Positions 59,192 through 64,000 of a stretch of 64,000 nt of DNA are shown piece after piece. Position 1 is the stretch's first letter. Every line of letters begins with the position of its first letter. The position numbers and the translations under genes were made by a program. This DNA is from an uncultured Ignavibacteriales bacterium (GTDB lineage: Bacteria > Zixibacteria > MSB-5A5 > GN15 > FEB-12), in NCBI GenBank assembly GCA_964630485.1, contig CAZVUZ010000002.1, positions 689 through 64,688 on the forward strand, in the 5' to 3' direction. A model generated the notes under the pieces. That model worked only from the letters and a program-made list of their open reading frames with translations, searched no databases and was not told the origin of the DNA.

Positions 59192-59650
59192 CTATTTCTT
59201 TTTGCGGGTCCCGGAGCGTCGATAGCTCGTAATGGCGGTCTCGTCATTGTCTTTGGTCTCGAGAGCTTTGGCGGCCTGCTGGTATCTTTCGATCTGACGC
59301 TCTTTGAGATTTTCGTAGGGCTTGCGCTCCTTGGAGGCTTCGACCAGGTTCAGTCTTTTACCTTCGGCTTCTTTTTCCAGAGCGCGCAGCATTTCCCTGC
59401 CGACGGCGCGATCGCGTTTGATTTTGTGCAGATACCTCGAGTAAACGAGCATCTCAGCCACGGTGATGCCGCCGGTCATCCGACCGCGCTGTTTGCCGAC
59501 CGTTGTCAGGCGGTCTTGATCGATTTGCTCCAGCTCTGTCAGTTGCCGATCGACATTGGCCCTGGCCAGGGCGTGTTCCTTCTGCCGTTCCTTTTCGATA
59601 TGATCCTTGAGTTTGAGCAGGGCTTCGAGCCGGTATTTGAACTTCTTCAT
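59192..59650 (-). CDS. fliJ: Flagellar export protein FliJ
   Basis: A 152-aa coiled-coil starting MKKFKYRLE.LLKLK...E directly after fliI. Confidence 0.8.
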   Translation of the reverse strand: MKKFKYRLEALLKLKDHIEKERQKEHALARANVDRQLTELEQIDQDRLTTVGKQRGRMTGGITVAEMLVYSRYLHKIKRDRAVGREMLRALEKEAEGKRLNLVEASKERKPYENLKERQIERYQQAAKALETKDNDETAITSYRRSGTRKKK

Positions 59651-59667
59651 ATTATCTGCGCTCCGAA

Positions 59668-60984
59668 CTAATCGGCAAGAATCTCGGCCAGTCGCGACCG
59701 GGACTCCTCATGATCTGCTTTTTCGAAGATTCCCTGGCGGAAGAACCCGTTGAGGTCGTCCATTTTCGATATGGCCCGATCGATGCGCGGATTGGAGCCT
59801 CTGACATAGGCCCCGATATTGATCAGGTCCTCAGCTTCCCGGTAGGCGGACATCAACTCTCGCACCTCGCCGGCGAGTCGCTTCTCTTCCTCGGTGGCAA
59901 CATCTTTCATCAGGCGGCTGATCGAATCGAGGACATCGACGGCAGGATATTGGTTGAGTGAGGCCAGCTTGCGTGAAAGGGCGACATGGCCGTCAATAAT
60001 CGAGCGGACGGCGTCGGAGATGGGTTCATTGAAATCGTCGCCTTCCACCAGCACCGTATACAGGCCTGTTACCGACCCGCGTGACGAGATACCCGCCCGT
60101 TCGAGCAAACCCGGCAGCAGGGCGAAAACCGACGGCGTGTAGCCCTTGGTCGTCGGCGGTTCGCCAATGGCGATACCGATTTCGCGCTGGGCCATGGCTA
60201 TTCTCGTCAGTGAATCCATCATGAGCATGACGTCCATACCCTGGTCGCGGAAGTATTCCGCGATAGTCGTGGCCACCATAGCGCCTTTGACGCGAATAAG
60301 AGCCGGCTGATCCGAGGTCACCGCCACCATAACGGTGTTTTTCATACCTTCCGGTCCCAGGTCGCGCTCTATGAACTCCCGGACCTCGCGCCCGCGTTCG
60401 CCGATCAGGGCGACCACGTTGACATCGGCCTTGGACCCGCGCGCCATCATACCCGGAGTAACCGATTTGCCGACACCGCTGCCGGAGAAGATACCCATGC
60501 GCTGACCTTTGCCGATGGTCGCGGTGAGATCCACGACGCGGATGCCGGTTCGGAGCGGTTCTTCGATGCGGCGCCTTTGAAGGGGCGGTATCGGTTGATG
60601 ATTGACCGATCGGGTTACACTCGTAGTGATTGAACCCTTGCCGTCAATAGGTTGCCCCAGGCCGCCGACAACGCGACCGATGAGCTCTTTGCCTACCGGC
60701 ACGCGCAACTGCTCGAAGGTGGAAGTAACAATGGCGCCCGGCGTGATCCCGGAAATAGGCCCCAGCGGCATGAGCAAAATGCGGTCGTCGCGAAAGCCCA
60801 CGACCTCCGCCTTGACTTTGGTGCCGTTATCGAAATTTTCTATCTGGCAAATGCGGCCGATGGAAATGGCCGGACCGGCGGACTCGATAACCAGGCCCAC
60901 GACCTGGGTGACTTTTCCGAAGTGTTTGACCGTGCGCGCATTTTCGATGCGGTCGGCATACATATCGTAGGCTACGTAGCTCAC
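59668..60984 (-). CDS. fliI: Flagellum-specific ATPase FliI
   Basis: Walker A GSGVGKS and Walker B MLMMDSLTR, with F1-beta-like architecture. Confidence 0.95.
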   Translation of the reverse strand: MSYVAYDMYADRIENARTVKHFGKVTQVVGLVIESAGPAISIGRICQIENFDNGTKVKAEVVGFRDDRILLMPLGPISGITPGAIVTSTFEQLRVPVGKELIGRVVGGLGQPIDGKGSITTSVTRSVNHQPIPPLQRRRIEEPLRTGIRVVDLTATIGKGQRMGIFSGSGVGKSVTPGMMARGSKADVNVVALIGERGREVREFIERDLGPEGMKNTVMVAVTSDQPALIRVKGAMVATTIAEYFRDQGMDVMLMMDSLTRIAMAQREIGIAIGEPPTTKGYTPSVFALLPGLLERAGISSRGSVTGLYTVLVEGDDFNEPISDAVRSIIDGHVALSRKLASLNQYPAVDVLDSISRLMKDVATEEEKRLAGEVRELMSAYREAEDLINIGAYVRGSNPRIDRAISKMDDLNGFFRQGIFEKADHEESRSRLAEILAD

Positions 60985-61682
60985 GGCTCGACCTCGCCGC
61001 CGCAGAGAGTGTCGGCGATAACGTCGAACTGTGATTCCAGGCGGGCATCAATATCGCCGGTCGGCGTTTCAATGAAACAGCCGCCGTGCTTTACCCTCGG
61101 ATCGGATTCAACAGTAAGCTCCTTAATGGTCGTGGATCCCTCCAGAAAGCGGTCGATATTTTGTTCGACTATGGGCAAATGGTCGGGATGGACTTTGATC
61201 TTGAGCCGCGAGCGATCGATAAGACTGTCGATAACACCGCGTATCATGTCCAGAGTTGTTTCGGGATCCACGCGGATGGCGTCATAGGTAACTTTTCGAC
61301 TGATCTGTACGACGAGTTCCAGGACCTTTTCCCGGGCCTCGCGCAGGAGGTTTTCCCTCTGGCTGACGGCATCTTTGATGGCGCGGTCGAATTGCTGCAG
61401 GACTTCCCGGGCCTTTTGCAGTCCTTCCTGCAAACCGCGCTCATGACCCTCGTCATAACCCTCGCGGCGGGACTTTTCCCGCTCATCGAGCAGAACGCGC
61501 TCGAATTTCTCGACTTCCCCGATCGGGATCAGCTTGGCGCCGTCGGGATCCGTGATAACCGAAACCAACGGCAGCAGGATCTCGAGTCGTTTCTCGGCGA
61601 CCGACTCTCTTTCGCGGTCGAGATGTTTCTCGCCGATATAAATCGCCGGCCCCGAGGCGATATGGCGTATTACTCTAGACAA
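60981..61682 (-). CDS. fliH: Flagellar assembly protein FliH
   Basis: 233 aa with a charged coiled-coil and the FliH C-domain (V.VHPDHL..V.......L......L.V..DP....GGC.IET..G.IDA). Its stop overlaps the fliI start. Confidence 0.85.
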   Translation of the reverse strand: MSRVIRHIASGPAIYIGEKHLDRERESVAEKRLEILLPLVSVITDPDGAKLIPIGEVEKFERVLLDEREKSRREGYDEGHERGLQEGLQKAREVLQQFDRAIKDAVSQRENLLREAREKVLELVVQISRKVTYDAIRVDPETTLDMIRGVIDSLIDRSRLKIKVHPDHLPIVEQNIDRFLEGSTTIKELTVESDPRVKHGGCFIETPTGDIDARLESQFDVIADTLCGGEVEP

Positions 61683-62685
61683 TTATATCCTCTTTACCGC
61701 CGCGACCGGAGACGATTATCTGGCCTTCCTCCTCGAGCCTGCGAACAGCCTCGACAATACGAGTCTGGGCGGCCTCGACATCGGACAGGCGGGTCGGTCC
61801 CATGAATTCCATTTCTTCCTTGATCATTACCGCCACACGTTCCGAGACATTGGTGTAAATCTTGTTCTTAACGTCATCGCTGGCGGCCTTGAGCGCCAGG
61901 GACAGGTCCTTGGTCTCGACTTCCTTGAGAAGTCGCTGAACGGAACGATCATCGAGGAGAACGACGTCGTCGAAGACAAACATCATGTTCTTGATTTCCG
62001 CCGCCAGGTCGGGATCTTCCGCTTCCAGCGACTGAAGGATATTCTTCTCGGCAGTGGTATCGATCAGGTTGAGCACTTCGGCAATGGCTTTGGCGCCGCC
62101 GGAGGCGGACATTTCACCGCCGACCGACTGCTCGAAGTGTCCTTCCAGCGTCTGTTCTATCTCGCGCAGCACTTCCGGGGCGATCTTCTCCATGGTGGCG
62201 ATTCGCAGGGCAACCTCCGACTGCAACTCCGGCTGCAACTCGGAAAGCACCGCCGACGCCTGATGCGATGAGAGCTGCGTCAATATCAGGGAAATCGTCT
62301 GCGGGTGCTCGCTCTGAATAAAACTTGCCAGCTGCTTGGGATCGATGTCCTTGAGCAGCGAAAAACCGGTGGATCTGAAGGAGGATTCGAGGCGATGCAG
62401 GATTTCCCGTGCTTTGACGGCCCCGACAGCCTTTTCCAAAATCTGTTCGGCAAAGTCAATACCACCCTGTGACACGTACTGGCGAGCCATAAAAATCTGG
62501 TGGCATTCATCGATCACCGCTTCCTCGACGTCGGCGGGAACGTCACCGAGGTTGGCGATTTCGATAGTGACGCGCTCGAGATCCTGTTCGGGCATCCCCT
62601 TCAGGACCAGGGCCGAAACCTCGGGTCCGAAGGCCACGAGGGCTACGGCCGCTTTCTGCATCGGTGACATCTCATCGTACTTCAT
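61675..62685 (-). CDS. fliG: Flagellar motor switch protein FliG
   Basis: KAA.ALVA.G.E.SA.VLK....E.......IA; MFVFDD....DDRS.Q.LL.EV; R.SDVE.AQ..IV...R.LEE.G.I. Confidence 0.95.
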   Translation of the reverse strand: MKYDEMSPMQKAAVALVAFGPEVSALVLKGMPEQDLERVTIEIANLGDVPADVEEAVIDECHQIFMARQYVSQGGIDFAEQILEKAVGAVKAREILHRLESSFRSTGFSLLKDIDPKQLASFIQSEHPQTISLILTQLSSHQASAVLSELQPELQSEVALRIATMEKIAPEVLREIEQTLEGHFEQSVGGEMSASGGAKAIAEVLNLIDTTAEKNILQSLEAEDPDLAAEIKNMMFVFDDVVLLDDRSVQRLLKEVETKDLSLALKAASDDVKNKIYTNVSERVAVMIKEEMEFMGPTRLSDVEAAQTRIVEAVRRLEEEGQIIVSGRGGKEDIIV

Positions 62686-62692
62686 AAATCAC

Positions 62693-64000
62693 CTATTCCA
62701 CCATCATAGTCTTAATAACGCGGGCGATTTCTTCCGGCTGGTCCTTCGCCGTTTCCTGCATTTTATCGACCAGGCGCAGTTTACGTTTTTCGGCCATTAC
62801 CGGTTCCACTTCCTCATTGTTGTTCTCCGCGACCGCCGTCTCCTGCCGAACCGCCGATTTGCGGGGAGCTGGCGTCAGACGGCCCAGTGACGAAAAGAGC
62901 TTTTTGGCCTTTTTGCGGAAGTACAGGAACAGCACCGCCACCAGAAGGAAATATCCCAGTTTGCGGGCAATGTCGAGGTAGAAATCACGCATGTATATGG
63001 AGTCCAAAAGCTGTTGATCCTGTTCGATATTTTTGCGGTCGAAAGCGATATTGACTATTTCGACCTGGTCGTTGCGCTCACCGTCAAAACCGATGGCATT
63101 CTTGACGATGGCCTCCAGGCGATTGAGTTCCTCCGGGGAGCGCGGCTGGTAAACCGATTCCATCTCCCCGCCTTCGCCTTCCACCGGGGCATAGACACCG
63201 TCCACGAGGACGGCCACAGTCAGGCGATCAATCGTTCCCACCGCATCGACAATGTGCTCAACCGTCTTGTTAAGTTCATAATTCGTGATTACAGTTTCGC
63301 TGTTGTCGTCGGCCGAGCTCTCGCTCGCTTCGGTTTCTTTATCGGTCGTCGAGCTTGAAGTCTGGGTTCTTTCTTCGCTTCGCACCGAAGGGGCATTGGG
63401 GTCAAACATTTCGGCCGTCCGTTCGAGTTGCTGAAAGTCGAGTTTGGCGGTTACCCTGACGACCGATTTCCCGGAACCAAGAACCTCGTCAAGCATCGAC
63501 TGGGCCTTGCCTTCCAGGTGCTTCTCCACCTGCCGTCCCACTTCGATCTGGGAACCGCTCAGGCCCGCGAGGAGATCACCATCCTGCCCGGAAGAGAGGA
63601 GATTGCCGTTGTAATCAACGATGGTGATGTTGTCCGGGGTCAGCCCCTCGACGGAGGAGGCAACCAGGTGCGAGATGCCGGCAATCTGCGGCCGCGAGAG
63701 GCGGTCATTGCCGGTCAGCTTGAGTACTACCGAGGCGGTGGCGTTCTTTTGGTCTTCCTTGAAGAGACGTTCCTTGGGCATGACGATATGCACCCGGGCC
63801 GCCTTCACTTCGCTCAACTGCATAATCGTCCGGGTCAGTTCGCCCTCGAGCGCCCGGCGGAAGTTGAGGTTTTGCAGGAAGTCGGTCATGCCGAGGTTGT
63901 TCTGGTCAAAGATCGAGTACCCCATGGTGCCGCCTCGCGGCAAACCCTGGGTGGCCAGGGATATCCGGGATTCATATACCCGGTCCGAGGGGATCTCGAT
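62693..64000 (-). CDS. fliF: Flagellar MS-ring protein FliF (N-terminus beyond the window)
   Basis: The frame stays open to position 64000, upstream of the track Met (..IEIPSDRVYESRISLATQGLPRGG). It has the FliF periplasmic region, a C-terminal TM and a FliG-binding tail. Confidence 0.9.
   Translation of the reverse strand: MEIPSDRVYESRISLATQGLPRGGTMGYSIFDQNNLGMTDFLQNLNFRRALEGELTRTIMQLSEVKAARVHIVMPKERLFKEDQKNATASVVLKLTGNDRLSRPQIAGISHLVASSVEGLTPDNITIVDYNGNLLSSGQDGDLLAGLSGSQIEVGRQVEKHLEGKAQSMLDEVLGSGKSVVRVTAKLDFQQLERTAEMFDPNAPSVRSEERTQTSSSTTDKETEASESSADDNSETVITNYELNKTVEHIVDAVGTIDRLTVAVLVDGVYAPVEGEGGEMESVYQPRSPEELNRLEAIVKNAIGFDGERNDQVEIVNIAFDRKNIEQDQQLLDSIYMRDFYLDIARKLGYFLLVAVLFLYFRKKAKKLFSSLGRLTPAPRKSAVRQETAVAENNNEEVEPVMAEKRKLRLVDKMQETAKDQPEEIARVIKTMMVE

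Noticed and set aside
1-64000. CRISPR arrays, rRNA genes, integrases/transposases, prophage or defence-island content
   Set aside because: I scanned the intergenic gaps, the largest of which are 403, 288, 287 and 256 nt, and all the ORF translations. I found no direct-repeat/spacer arrays, no rRNA signatures and no recombinase or phage-like proteins.

Overview
This is a gene-dense 64 kb window of moderately high GC. I support 58 protein genes, and 57 of them are on the minus strand. There is one tRNA, and I found no rRNA, CRISPR array, transposase, integrase or prophage signature.

The content falls into three blocks.

1. Positions 1-13.2 kb and 26.5-37.6 kb are housekeeping. They carry a small bS22/AURKAIP1-like ORF, HU, sppA, an MltD-like LysM lytic transglycosylase, miaA, mutL, mutS, a SPOR protein and LapB/LapA-like proteins. 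The second part carries folD, ymdB, rny, zapA, a ZapB-like protein, pheT, pheS, rplT, rpmI, infC, thrS and tRNA-Val(GAC).

2. Positions 13.3-26.3 kb form a surface and signalling block. It has a polysaccharide export and chain-length module (Wza-like exporter, Wzz-like protein, TPR protein, BY-kinase, XrtA/PEP-CTERM-type deacetylase). It also has a GGDEF diguanylate cyclase, a STAS protein, an unusual membrane protein fusing an RsbW-type kinase to a PP2C phosphatase, and a beta-barrel/TPR outer-membrane protein.

3. Positions 37.9-64 kb are a large flagellar locus: HDOD, an FlgM-like protein, an FlgN-like protein, fliS, fliD, fliC, a TPR-GT2 protein, fliW, flgL, csrA, flgK, flgN, flgJ, flgI, flgH, flgA, flgG, flgF, then fliJ, fliI, fliH, fliG and fliF. 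It is interrupted by the only plus-strand gene, which encodes a cohesin-like/dockerin-like secreted protein.

L and P rings, LapA/B-like genes and a beta-barrel protein indicate a diderm. The bS22-like peptide and dockerin-like motif weakly suggest an FCB-group or candidate-phylum organism; this is inference only.

The best candidate for something undescribed is the kinase/PP2C fusion, its STAS partner and the adjacent diguanylate cyclase. This gene order resembles hsbR-hsbA-hsbD but is driven by a transmembrane sensor, and it sits between the EPS and flagellar genes. An A10 tract sits exactly where the STAS frame overlaps a downstream frame.

Other points worth follow-up:
- a fliC leader with a sigma-28 promoter and two AGGA-loop hairpins (FliW/CsrA circuit);
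- a TPR-GT2 candidate flagellin glycosyltransferase;
- enlarged FliC, FliD and FlgL;
- an infC gene that must start at AUA.

All calls come from reading the sequence and the ORF translations. No database search was run.
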